NCBI GenBank assembly: GCA_010015585.1
Contig: ML975172.1
DNA: 49,552 nt
Source: Eremomyces bilateralis CBS 781.70
Taxonomy: Eukaryota
Strand: one strand, 5' to 3'
Shown: piece by piece, positions 1 through 11,142 of the stretch
Layout: each line of letters opens with the position of its first letter
Position numbering within the stretch: the first letter of the stretch is position 1
Translations under genes and position numbers: made by a program
Notes under the pieces: model-generated
What the model was told of the DNA's origin: nothing
Database searches by the model: none
What the model saw: only the letters and a program-made list of their open reading frames with translations

Positions 1-185
1 AGAGAGAGAGAGAGAGAGAGAAGAAATCTCCCGGCACCTTTGTGCGCGAGATAGCGACTCTCCTCTCCAATGCCCTAATGCTGTGTTACCATGTTTGTTT
101 GCTTCTCTGATATAATCCACCAGCCACGTCTTCAGCCACAACCAAGGGAACAGGCCGCAGGCCTGGGACCCGTGGGACCATAACA
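1..185 (-). mobile_element. LTR of a retrotransposon (5' part; runs off the left edge of the window)
   Basis: The reverse complement starts TGTTATGGTCCC at 185. It shares blocks with the solo LTR at 36767: TGTTATGGTCCC, GGCCTG(C/T)GGCCTG and TATCTCGCGCACA(A/G)AGG(T/C)GC(C/T)GGGAGATT, followed by a CT-rich tract. The (AG)n run at 1-21 is that tract. Confidence 0.75.
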
Positions 186-312
186 ATTATAAATCAAGCT
201 TCCCAAAATTGTGTGTATCACGTGAGTTTCCTAATTAGGTCCCCCCTCCTTCATCTCCACACAGAGGCAGTGCAAAGGCATTAATTTAAGTCTAGAATAT
301 GTAAGAGGCTAA

Positions 313-1882
313 TTAAGCAAAGAAGTTATTATTTCCATCATTTTCAAGCACCTTTAGTAGGACTTTCTGGAATAAGTTAGCCTCCTTATCAACCTTCTCC
401 CTGGGACATCCTCTCCAGAGTTTATACAACGCATCTACCGCATTCTTCCGCTCTAAATTGCCTGATGGATTCCGTAGATCCTCAAACGGAAGCTTCAGCT
501 TCATCCAGTCCCATATACGCTCGACACGGTTAAGATCCGGGGATCTAGGGGGCCATTTAACGACGTTGATACCCTGCTCTTGTCGTTCCTGGATTGTCCA
601 CTTTCGTGCCTTTGTATGGGGCGAAGCATTGTCCTCAATAATCCAGACAGTCCTGCCTGTAACGCGCTGGATCGTTCTTGCGTACGGAAATAATAGCGGA
701 CGGAGTATCATCTCTCGATATCGAGCCCAATCGACCCCCCCTTTACCTTTATCGCGTTTAGCAAGCCCCTGTTTGAATTCCCATTCCGGACGACGCCGTG
801 CACGGCGTGTACCGTGTTCCTGATTTTCCCTATATATATAAAGTAAGTAGATAAGCAGATAATAGGGTAAGTAACGAAGATAAGCTCGGATTGAAAGAGA
901 CAGCTTGGGGAAGAATAGGAAAGACCTTAACGAGTACATGACGACTGCGACTTGGACCTTACCTCTGTATATTTACATTTAATTCCTGCAGATGACGGTA
1001 CTGGCGGGTCCCAGGACGCCGTACCTCGGCTCTGTCATGCTCCATCTCGTGGATCATGACCTGGTTCTCATCCGAGATCGTGCGATCGATGGTCTCTCGT
1101 TCCTCCTGTGTCTCCGCTTCCCACGCATGGCATGGTCCCGTGCCCTCTAAGTCAAATCCCCAGCATATTGCTCCCCAAAACATAATAGCTTGAAATACGT
1201 CTGGAGGGGATCGTGAGAAATCGAATGGATTAGCGCCTCGTGGGCGTGTAACCGCGAGGGGTTTCCGACTATTGTTTGTATTTACCAGCATCTCGTCTGT
1301 GAAGATAAAAATATCTTCATTTTCGAGCTTTGGTAGCGCCCAACTGGCAAGCCTTTTCCTGTCGTTTTTGTGCCAGGGGGTAAGCTCAAGCTTCCGTGGA
1401 GGCCGGCGTCGACGGAGAATAAACTCATCTTTAAGGATTCTATATGCTGTAGTTTTTGGCACTGGTATACCAAGGTTCTCGCTTACTTCGCGCGCGACTT
1501 GAGTCCAAGGCTTATCTTGTGCCTGTTCGTCCCGTGTCGCTGTATCGCGTAACGCGTCTTTGACAATGCCTGCCGTGGCCGGGCGCCCACGATGCTCCTC
1601 TTCTTGTGCGCAGGCATCGAGACTTCGCTGGAAATCGAGAAGCGATGGCTGCCAATTTAGAGGTAAATTTTCCCCTCCGCCAACGCGCAAGCACGCAAAG
1701 TCTTTGGCTCTTCCATACACACGTTGATAAGCGCTAGATACGCTCGTAGTTGGGATGCGGAGCTCGGTCGATATCTGGGGGAAAGTCTGGCCAAAGTGGC
1801 GGCATACAGCGATGGTGGCTAGCTGAGTAATCGATAAATTATGTCTCTGCGCGACTCGACGTGTCTGACGGATAGGAGGCAT
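313..1882 (-). CDS. Tc1/mariner-superfamily (DDE_3-like) transposase, 2 exons (1882-963, 829-313), 478 aa
   Basis: ORFs 959-1882 and 313-939 join in frame through a GTAAGG...TATAG intron at 962-830 (NIQR|ENQE). Catalytic motifs are FIFTDE, IIEDNASPH and WPPRSPDLNRVERIW, with N-terminal HTH-like segments. The spliced model has no stops. Confidence 0.9.
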
Positions 1883-2057
1883 CAGAAAATTTAAGTAAAT
1901 ATGGTGTAGGATAAATCACTAGATACTAGTAATATCAATAATGATTGAATGATTGTTTATTCCTATGCCCGTCAGGCCTCTCTGCGTGGCACATGTGGGG
2001 AATATCAATGGTGATGAAGCAATCTTGAGTTTCGATGGGGTTCGTCGAGCCCCTCTG

Positions 2058-2162
2058 CACGTGACACGTACAATATCAGGGTGCGCATCGGTCCACCCCC
2101 CCACGTGACCTCAATCCACCCCCCCACGTGATTTTGAGCCAAAAGATGCGCTCTGATTGGTT
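2058..2162 (-). promoter_or_regulatory. Putative transposase promoter: CCAAT box and three CACGTG E-boxes
   Basis: AACCAATCAG on the - strand at 2162-2153. CACGTG occurs at 2058, 2102 and 2125; the last two lie in a perfect 17-bp direct repeat TCCACCCCCCCACGTGA (2092, 2115). These sites are 180-280 bp upstream of the transposase ATG. Confidence 0.45.
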
Positions 2163-2225
2163 GAAGGCTGGTGAGATTTGTCCCCCCCGTGCCTTTTGAT
2201 GAGTCCGTAAGGCGCGGGCACCTCT

Positions 2226-2447
2226 CCACCCATCTTGGGCTTTCCTACCACCCGTCTTCGGCACCCGACCACCCATTTTGGACACCTACGACCACCCGCT
2301 TTAGGCAACCCCTATCCCCCATTTTAGGTTAGCCACTCGTTCCGGCGGGGCAGAAGTGGTCGAGGGCCGTATAGGCGACAAAGAGTGCCCAAAAGTGGTG
2401 GTACGGGGTGCCCAAAACAGGTGGTTGGGGCTGCCCGAAATGGGTGG
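2226..2447. repeat. Phased array of a 17-bp motif (consensus CCACCCRTTTTGGGCAC): 5 direct and 3 inverted copies
   Basis: Direct copies start at 2226, 2248, 2269, 2292 and ~2315. Inverted copies are at 2385-2401, 2408-2424 and 2431-2447. The period is 21-23 bp. Confidence 0.85.
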
Positions 2448-3712
2448 TGCGTCCCTTGCGACAAGTCTAGATGATAACGACAGCTTCTGGTGAATCGGAA
2501 TAATTCTGTATAGATCCTGTATAGATCCTGCATCGTTACCTGCTGGTCTACTAGGATCGTGTCTTGAGTCTTGACTAACTGCGTTGCTGTTAAGGGCTTA
2601 CTGTTTGTCCTTGGGGCGGTTGTCCAACATTTCCTTAAGCTTCTCGCTTCTTAGGCCTGACCGTGCTTGTGAGCACGGCAGATGCGGTGGTTATTGGAAA
2701 TAGTGGTGGCCTTGGCTGCCAGATCACGGAACGGATGATAAAATAAAAGCATCTGACCAAATCATCATTTGTTACTTGTTAGCGACCACTCTTTGCTAGA
2801 GAAGCATTTGTGTTTTCGTATTCCGTAATGGACGCGAAGTTCGAAATCCAATGGGGGATTTTGCTAGTCCGAGACTGTGACACTGATTGGAGCGTTGGGA
2901 AACTTGAAGCAACTATCCATATGAAACTGAGGATAAGTGTTTTTCATCAAGATTGAACACCGGATATCCATATTCCGATTCTGGAACATTTTGTCAAGTT
3001 GTCTGATTAAAGTCCCAGCCACAAAACGTACCATGATGCACGGCAATAATGCAGGCAATGTGGCGGTGTTGGGGTGGTACTACATCAGTATCGTGCGACT
3101 CAATGATTAAGTTCTGCTGATATTGCCGGAGAATCTGATACAGATACCACAATGTCCTGATATTGATCTAGAATGTCTCTCATCTTTCCTCTCCTTGGTA
3201 GACCTCGACCCCACACCAAAAGCAGACAACGATAACCACCGAGGTGGAGAACCGCGATGCATTTCGAGGCATGCTCGACATATCCGATCTTAAACGAGAT
3301 CCTAAACCCTAAGGGCATGGATATATCCGACATTGATCGTTCGTAAAGGGCCTTGAAACGCGCACCTGATTGGATAATCAACCCTGCCCTGTTTCAAAGA
3401 GCGAACCTGGGAGCGAACCCAATGTGGAGATGATAAAAGATATAATTCCACGTTGGTGGATTTGACGACACGTTCATCTGATTGAGAGAGTTGGATGCAC
3501 GCACCCCGCAATGCCATGGATGGGATATTGACCCAAGGAATATCCGCCTAATTGGGGTGATATCATGTATAGCAACGCTATTTCGAGGAGAAAATTTGCA
3601 ACTAGCAACATATAAAGATGGAGGGTGAAGTCGGAGAGTTGCGTCTGAGTGGACGTTCGACTTTCATGGCCACTTGAAGGTGAACGACCACGATTGATAT
3701 CCAATTCTCAGA

Positions 3713-4666
3713 ATGTTGTCCTCTCTTGCTCTTCTTGCCGCAATGCTCCCTGCAGCCTACGCCCAGGGAGGTTGCTCACCTCTCCACTTCGTTTGGGGTA
3801 TCTATCCTCCCTCCCCACCCCCCTCTCCATCCCACTGACACCCTCCCAGCCCGCGCAACCACCGAGCCCCCCACCGGCGTTGACAACGCCAACGCCGCCC
3901 AATTCGAAGCCGCCGCCGCCCGCTACTGGTCCAAAGGTTACGGCGCCGCCGGCTACTCCATCTACACCAACGTCACCTCCCTGATCCCCGACGCTACCGG
4001 CTACCCCGTGCACTACCCCGCTAGCTTCAGCGGCTGCAGCTCCGAGAACAAGGGCATCGCGGACCTGGTCTCCCAATTGACGACGCAGGCGGAACGCTGC
4101 CCGGAGCAGAAATTCGCTCTCGGCGGCCATTCGCAGGGGGGCGTCGTGCTCGTCCGCGCGATCCCGCAGATCCCCGCCGCCGTGCAGCAGCGCGTCATCG
4201 CGATCACGATGGTCGGCAGCCCGAATTGCCCGACGTCCGTGAAGGGGAAGTGCAAGTCCTACTGCAACGAGGGCGACTCGGTACGTATCCGCGCTCCCCC
4301 TGCTCCCCCTGCTCCCCCTTCATCCAAGCGACTATCGCAAGGCACCCTCTCCAGTGGCTAACACGTACGCAGATCTGCTCCGCCTCCGGCACCGGTTCGT
4401 CCGGCCGCTGCAACACGCGCCGCAACGCGCTGGTCGACCTGTTCCAGAGTGATCCGGAGTACGTCGACGGGGTGCTGGATCTGCGGTCGACGTCGGATCT
4501 GGAGGCGAGGGCGGCGCCGGATTGCAGCCAGCCGGAACCAGCTGAGAAAGGGCATCGTGCGAGCGGCGGGTCGGCGCATCTTGCGTATAGCGCGGATGGG
4601 TTCTATACCCGTGCAGCGGCGTGCTATATCTTGAGGGCGTTCACGGCAAGCCAGGGGGTTGCGTAG
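3713..4666 (+). CDS. Secreted cutinase-family (CE5) serine esterase, 3 exons (introns 3798-3849, 4281-4372)
   Basis: Signal peptide MLSSLALLAAMLPAAYA. Motifs: FVW|ARATTEP (ARGT-type), VHYPA, nucleophile GGHSQGG, CNEGDS|IC (catalytic Asp) and AHLAY (catalytic His). Splice sites are canonical with CTGAC/CTAAC branch points. Confidence 0.92.
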
Positions 4667-5500
4667 GAGAGGGCCCTGGGGTGGTGGAGAAGGAGTCAGT
4701 GGGACTGAAGGTAGGTGAGATGGGAACGAAAATTGTATAGCAAGAGCTGTTTCGACTGTTACTTGGGCTGTGAGAACTGTCCACCAGTACGCCCACTACA
4801 ATGTGCCTGTGTAATACCGCAACGTGTCCCCTATAACCATGCAACTACCGAGCAACTCGCAGTTAGCCATCCAAGTTCCCTTGGCTAAGATAGAAGCTCA
4901 CAACTCCTTCAAAAGCATACCGGCAAGTGAAACCTACCTCCCCAACAAACCTCGGCCTCCGCATCGCCATCCTCTTGGCGCCCAAGCCGACCAGAATGAA
5001 GAGCAAGAAGCTCGCCGAACCACTTTTGAATCCGGGAACGACGATCGCCAATTGTAGAATCTCCCTCATGCGAACCGTATGCAGGTAGCCCTGCATGACA
5101 TTCTCAGTTGCCGAAGCGGCCTAGGGTTGCGAAATCTGGCCCATCGGAGAGTCGTGCCAGTTGCCGAGCCTGCACTCCCTCTCGACGATCCTGGAGGGTT
5201 TGGAACCGTGGAGTGGAGGTCGGAGGAGCCGAGGTAGGTGGAGGATGAGGAGAAGAATTGTAGAGTGACGAAATGTGTGAGACAGGATAGGTATGCAGCT
5301 AAGAAATGTGTTGTGTAGAAATGGGTGGACATTTGGCTAGGGTATGGCTATTTGTTAACTTGGAGGAAATAGAGAACGTGGAACGTAACAGGATTGAAAA
5401 TGTCAAGAGGAAGTGTATCAAAATGTCGAACCCATTCGAGGAATGACTTTTCCACAGAGGACTTAGGCAATTCCGAGCTTGGCTGGGACGGCTCCTTCGT

Positions 5501-6491
5501 CTACACCAAGGCGAATATCTTGTCTTCCCCCCATTTCGCCTCTCCCAATTCAACTCCACTCCACCATTTCTCAAGAAATTCTTCAATCGACACCGGGCTA
5601 ACACTGTCAACCAGCCTATTAAGCGTTGGCTCCACCTCGAACTTCCCCTCGGCAATCCCAATGCGCACCTGATTATAGAACCTCACCGCCGGCTCCTCCG
5701 CCAATTTCGTCATCTCCCCAATCGAATTCCTCTTCACCAACACCTTCCGCCCCGTCACCTTCTCAATCTTCCCCACCACCTCCCCCCACGTCGTCGTCTC
5801 CCCCACCATCCCCATTTCCTCCTCCCACCCCTCCAACTCCAACGCCCCCGCCACAAACCGACACACATCTCCAATCTCCGTAAACGTCACCCTTTCCTCC
5901 CCCCGCCCCGGCATATCCGCTGTCCCCGCCCGCACATTCACCACGAAATTCCACGCCCGCAAGCCCGCCAGCGCGACTTCCTCCCCCTTCGGAGTCCCCG
6001 TCGCGAAGGCGTTCATGAAAATCCCGCACGTGAACCGCGTATACTCCAGCCCGGAGGCTTTCACAGCATCCCAGACGGGGATCTTCGGCGCGTAGAGGTC
6101 GAAGCCTTCGTATTGGGAGATGGCGAACTCCGAGGGGGCGAAGCGGGTAACGTGGGCGGCTTGGGCGGCGGCGAGGAGGGCGAGTTGGGAGGTGCGGAAG
6201 ACGTCGCCGGAGGCGGCGATGGTGCTGAGGATAACGAGTATTAGCAAGGTACGTAGAGGTGCGGTGGGGCGATGGAGCACACCTGATAACGGTATGGACA
6301 CCGGTCAGAGCCTTCACGAGAGCTTCATGGTCGTCGTAGTTGACTGCGTGGACGTGGACGCCCAGTGCGGAAATCTCTGGCTGTGGTGTCCGGGAGATGA
6401 CGGTGACTTCATGCTTTCCAGTCTCGACGATGGTCTTCACGAGTGTGAGGCCGAAATTGCGCGTCGCTCCAGCAAGGGCCACGTGAACCAT
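5501..6491 (-). CDS. NmrA-like / isoflavone-reductase-like NAD(P)-binding protein, 2 exons (intron 6282-6225), 310 aa
   Basis: N-terminal Rossmann motif VALAGATRNFG, then RFAPSEFA, GLEYTRFTCGIF and FTEIGDV. The intron GTGTGC...GCTAAT...CAG joins the two ORFs in frame. Confidence 0.88.
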
Positions 6492-7148
6492 CTCGTTTGA
6501 TGCTGAACGTGACTGTGGTAGAAAGAATTTGATGCTTACTTCAAGATTTCGAAAGCACGGGGGATAGATATACGAAAAGACTGGAAGGTGAAACTGGTTC
6601 TAAAGAATCTGACTGACTGCATCGAACGTTGACCTCCTTTTTATACATGTCTTAAGCAACTCAAGCAAGAGATAATCCTACCATTTTTGTCTAGCTCTAC
6701 CAAACGACTCTGCAAGCTATTACCAAGCAGCATGTTAAAATTTCACCGACTTGGCTGCAACTTGCTCATACAAAGTCGAATAGCTCTGTCGTTGAAGCTG
6801 TAGTTGAAGCTGAAGTCGGAGGAAGTTCGCGCCGAGAACTTGCTCATGGGAAGATTAGTCCCGACCGCGGACCGCCACCGCGGCACCGCGCCACCGCCTG
6901 ACCGCCGACTCTGATCACCGCCTGGTTACCGGACACACGGACCACAAACCCCCACATTTGAATGCCTTGGTGCCATAACATATTGCTGCCTTCATGCCTT
7001 ACTGCCTTGTGGCGGAGGCTTGCCGAAATGTTCCTTAGCAACTGGACGACTTTGTGTTCGGTTTGTTTACACCCCATCGTCAAAACTTTCAACCGCACAG
7101 AAGGATCGCGAGATGCTCCAATAACTCGACATCGTCCTTTCAACAACC

Positions 7149-8780
7149 ATGGGACTCCATAGCTCCCCATTGATAAAATGTAAGTATCTCCAATCCCTAT
7201 ATCCAGTCCCAACCACTAACCCCCCAGCAACCTACCACTCCTCCCTCTCCCCCGACGGTCTCCACATTGCTACCGTCACCCCCACCCGCCTCCAACTCCG
7301 CTCCGTCACCTCCTCCACCATCCTCCGCACCATCCCAATCCAAACTGACTCCTCCCCCCGCTCCCCCCAATGGGCCCCCCTAACCACCTCCTCCACCTCC
7401 TCCACCCGCCTCCTCATCTCCTCCGACTCCTCAGTCCGCGTTTGGGACCTCCACCACCCCCGCTGGTCCGCCACCATCCACAACGGTAATGGCGGTATGG
7501 GGAAGATCTTGCACGCGGAGTTCACGAACGGGCCGGACGCGGTCATCGTAGTCTCGGATTTCGGGTCGCGGATGGTGGTGTGGGATCTGAGCAGTGGGCG
7601 GCGCGTGGAGATCCGGGACCCGAAGTTCGTGACGCGGGGGTGGGGGTTTCGGAAGGGCGGAGTGTGTGCATTGTTGTCGAGGCCCGGGCCGCAGGACGTG
7701 GTGACGATGCATGCGGGGGGATCGTGGGTGGTGTTGAGGACGGTGGTGGTGCCGACGGTGGATGCGCAGGGGGTGAAGTGGAGTCTGGATGGGCGGTGGT
7801 GGGTTGTGTGGGATGCGGCGAGCGCGGGGTTTAAGGTGTATATCTATACGCTGGACGGGAACCTCTATCGGACGTATGCTGGGGACGGCGGCGATGGGAG
7901 TCTCGGGTTGGGGATCAAGAGCGTGGAGTGGAGCCCGCGCGGGGATTATTTGGCCATCGGGAGCTTCGATAAGCGGGTTACGCTCCTCAGCACGCGAACT
8001 TTCTCTCCGATTGTCTATCTGGACCATACCGCATCTATCCAATTGGTTTCCGGTGCAGTGTGGCAGGAGCAGGTAAGCGCTACAAGCAGGACCTACACAC
8101 CCGCAGCGCAGCCGATCTCCCCGCCATCCATCCCGAGCTCAGCGACGGAATTCCCACCAAAGCTAGGGATCTCGATCATGGCATTCAGTCCCGACGGCTC
8201 CATGCTGGCCACGAGAGACGACGCGCATCCCACGACGGTCTGGCTCTGGGATCTCACCAAGATGGCACCGAAAGCTGTGCTTCTCCAATACTCCAGCATC
8301 AAGAGCATCCAATGGCACCCCGCATGCGCCGGGCTGCTCTTGATCATCTGCAACCCCGCGGATTCTGAGCCCGTCCTGCATATCTGGGAGACGCTCGACG
8401 ACGGGGCTTCACCACCGCAGATCATCACCCTGCCGAAAGGCGCCTTCGCCACCAAGTCGTCGGGCCCATCGAAGCTGGATGCACGATGGCTCCCGAAGTG
8501 GTCCGATAAGATCCCCGGGATCTTTGTTGGTGACTCGCAGAATTCGCTGCTCGTGTGGCCGGAGGGGAAGGAGGACTTTCCGGCTGAGGCACAGGATCCG
8601 CGTCCGGCGACGCCGGAGTGCGATGAGGTGGAAGACTCGCTGTTTGAGATCTTGAGTGGACGGGTTCCAACTCCAGGACAGACCAACACCATGTCTCTGG
8701 TCGAGGAGGAGGATGACCTGGATGATTCGGGCATTGTCGAAGACACTTTCCACAGTCGGCGGAAGATGGCGGTGACGTGA
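7149..8780 (+). CDS. WD40 repeat protein, WRAP73/WDR8-like (probable in-frame intron 7180-7227)
   Basis: SLSPDGLHIA, EIRDPKF, KWSLDGRWWVVWD, LGLGIKSVEWSPRGDYLAIGSFD and FSPDGSMLATRDD...VWLWD are typical of fungal Wdr8. A GTAAGT...CTAAC...CAG intron lies near the start. Confidence 0.8.
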   Translation: MGLHSSPLIKCKYLQSLYPVPTTNPPATYHSSLSPDGLHIATVTPTRLQLRSVTSSTILRTIPIQTDSSPRSPQWAPLTTSSTSSTRLLISSDSSVRVWDLHHPRWSATIHNGNGGMGKILHAEFTNGPDAVIVVSDFGSRMVVWDLSSGRRVEIRDPKFVTRGWGFRKGGVCALLSRPGPQDVVTMHAGGSWVVLRTVVVPTVDAQGVKWSLDGRWWVVWDAASAGFKVYIYTLDGNLYRTYAGDGGDGSLGLGIKSVEWSPRGDYLAIGSFDKRVTLLSTRTFSPIVYLDHTASIQLVSGAVWQEQVSATSRTYTPAAQPISPPSIPSSATEFPPKLGISIMAFSPDGSMLATRDDAHPTTVWLWDLTKMAPKAVLLQYSSIKSIQWHPACAGLLLIICNPADSEPVLHIWETLDDGASPPQIITLPKGAFATKSSGPSKLDARWLPKWSDKIPGIFVGDSQNSLLVWPEGKEDFPAEAQDPRPATPECDEVEDSLFEILSGRVPTPGQTNTMSLVEEEDDLDDSGIVEDTFHSRRKMAVT

Positions 8781-8923
8781 GCCTCGTCTATCCGGACGCT
8801 TCGAGCCAGCCTGATTGCCTAGTCCTGGACCACCGCCCAGGAATCGACCGATTTGGATGGACATCGTTGGTTGTTCTATTAAAGAGGTCTATGACATCTG
8901 GAGGCCAAGTCGGCTTGAGCTGG

Positions 8924-10287
8924 CTATGGCAGTGCACTGTGCCCATTACTGGAACTCGGCAACTCGGTCGCCGTCCAGACGCGGTCCACAGCCAAAAACA
9001 TGTCGCGCAACAGCTCATCTATCTCGAGGCATGACTTTCTACTCGAGGACATTGTGCCGCCCGAGGGAATCCAAGAAACAGGACGTTTTGCCTCCGTCCA
9101 GGCGTATGCGTCTCTCTTAGTGAGCCAGCAACCGAGACAAATCCCACAGGACGCCCCCGTAGATTCTATAGAAATGGCATGGCTCAGGATCCGGGTGATG
9201 AGGGGCAACAGACGGGTGCGCAGCCCGCAATGGGAATGGTGCTGGTTGATCTGGTATTCGGGTGCTTTCCTTAGGTTTTCGAGGACGATGTTCATATCTC
9301 GGCTGACGGGATAGTCTTTTGAAGGGAGGGTCGGCGTCAGACTGCCGGTGATGGAGACGAGGCGACTGCGTTCGAAGAAGCGGACCATCTCGCCAAGTTG
9401 ATAGCTGTCGCACTGCGCCGAGGAATCGTATCCGAGCCGGCATTGTCGGTCGCCGGAGGAATAGAGTTTTATGAAATGGACCGGGATGGAATCCAACGTC
9501 TCCGCGACCATCTGCCTCCGGAACATGAGTTCTTCTGTACGACGAGCATGGTTAGTTTGAGGTTTCATATTCCTACTTCCGAATGGGTTTCCTTACCTTC
9601 CATCCTCCCCGGAAGCCTCCACCACGGTCCGCGATTCTCGTCAACGACCTCGTTCTCGTCATTCCAACATTCCGAACCTCTGGTAATCAACCATTTACTC
9701 GCCACCATGACGCATCGGCTCTGCTGGCCCAGGAGCCCCACGAATAATATCTTGCGTATCGTCGATTCCGTCGCCCGCGCGATGTTTTTCGAAAGCGCCT
9801 TGGTCACCACGCGATCGAGCACTCGGCCGATCGGGGACTTTCTTTGGAATGGAGGAAGAGCGTCAAACATGTCGGCCACGACCAGCAGATTGGCCATATT
9901 GGTGAGCGGCATGGACGCCCACTGGTCTAGGGAAACGTCGTGAATGACGGAGAGGAAGTCCTTGATGAGTAGCGGAAGGTTGGCGGGGTTGGATAATTCG
10001 ACGTTCCCAATATGATGAATCTCAATGACCGGGAGCGCATCGCCCTCGCTGCCATCTCGTCCATGGTGTGCCAAACGGCGTCCTTCGCTGAACTTGGACG
10101 GATGCAGGAGATTCTCAAAGTACGGGGAATTGGATCGAAGCTTCTTGGAGTCGACTTCGAAATGGAAGACGTCTTCGGAGATCTCTTCATGGCTGATGGC
10201 TAAGATCAGGTCCGGAGTGTTGGTTAACCGGATCGTTTCGCGGCGTGATGAATCGTCGTCATCTCCGCTCGGGGTTGCGGAGTCCAT
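8924..10287 (-). CDS. BTB/POZ-domain protein, 2 exons (intron 9596-9535), ~433 aa
   Basis: DLIL...FEVDSKKLRSNSPYFENLLHPSKFSEG and NLLVVADMFD form a fungal BTB signature. The C-terminal part contains CDSYQLGEMVRFF and YQINQHHSHCGLR. The intron gives RME|EELMFRR in frame. Confidence 0.82.
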
Positions 10288-11142
10288 CTTATACGCGAGC
10301 CACGAGTAGGCGGGGATACCGGATAGTGCTTGCTGTAGGTCACGAATTATATGCCTCTCCCAAAGATCTATTCTCATCTAACCCATTCACGAATCCAGTC
10401 CCCCGCTGTACCTGTACATTGTAATACAGGCTGCAATATGGACACTGGAGGATTTAGCGGTGAGGTCAGCAGTCATTCATGAATCATGCTTCTCCCCGCT
10501 ACTTCCGCCAACCGACTCATGTCCAGTTGGCGTTGACGCGTTCGATGGAATTTTGTCGCGTGTTCTGTCTTTACTTCCACCCCCACCCATATTGAGGATT
10601 GACTATTATGGGACAAGTCTGCTGTCTGACAACTCTATAAAGTGCTCGAAGATGATCATGTGGCTTTATTGAGGTGTACGCTCTCTACGCTGAGGCTTCT
10701 CCTGGTGTACGTCCGCCAGCCGTAAAGTGTCCAACGCGATCGGTGCAGTCGTTGCTGGCAGCGACACCATCGTCGGCTTCATCGCGATCGAATCTGGGAG
10801 GCGTTGAGTGATTCCGATACATCGATCTGATTGAATTGATTCTGCCCAATGGACCCCTTCAGTTCTTTCTACTTCTACAATCCTGTCGATTTCCTTGCTC
10901 TTGCCTCCAAGCTGCCCCACTTGGTCGGTTCTCACTGCTAGTCTCTCCGCAAACCCCGCAAATCAAGTCACAGGATGGGGATGGGGATTTTCTGCCTTTT
11001 CTTCCGATTTTCGGAGTCAGAAAGCTGTTGTCTTCGAAGATACCTTATTCGTTTCTCGTAAAGCGCCTGCAGCTGTGTGTATTGAATCCCTGGAGCTTAA
11101 ATCCATACGTACTTGTATCCGAATTTTATAGCCGCCACCACA

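Noticed and set aside
186..312. Left TIR of the Tc1 element
   Set aside because: No convincing reverse-complement match to 1900-2700 was found by eye; only short shared words (TCACGTG, AAGTCTAGA).
2226..2447. Repeat array as a CRISPR or guide-RNA array
   Set aside because: The spacers are only 4-6 bp, the repeats are degenerate and change orientation, and no cas, TnpB/Fanzor or other nuclease ORF is nearby.
2800..3600. Short ORFs as a decayed gene, and TAAACCCTAA at ~3303 as a telomeric or telomerase-template motif
   Set aside because: There are multiple stops and no recognisable motif. A single imperfect telomere-like word is expected by chance.
4824..5332. Overlapping short ORFs between the cutinase and NmrA genes
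   Set aside because: Every frame is interrupted by stops, with no family motif and no consistent splice model.
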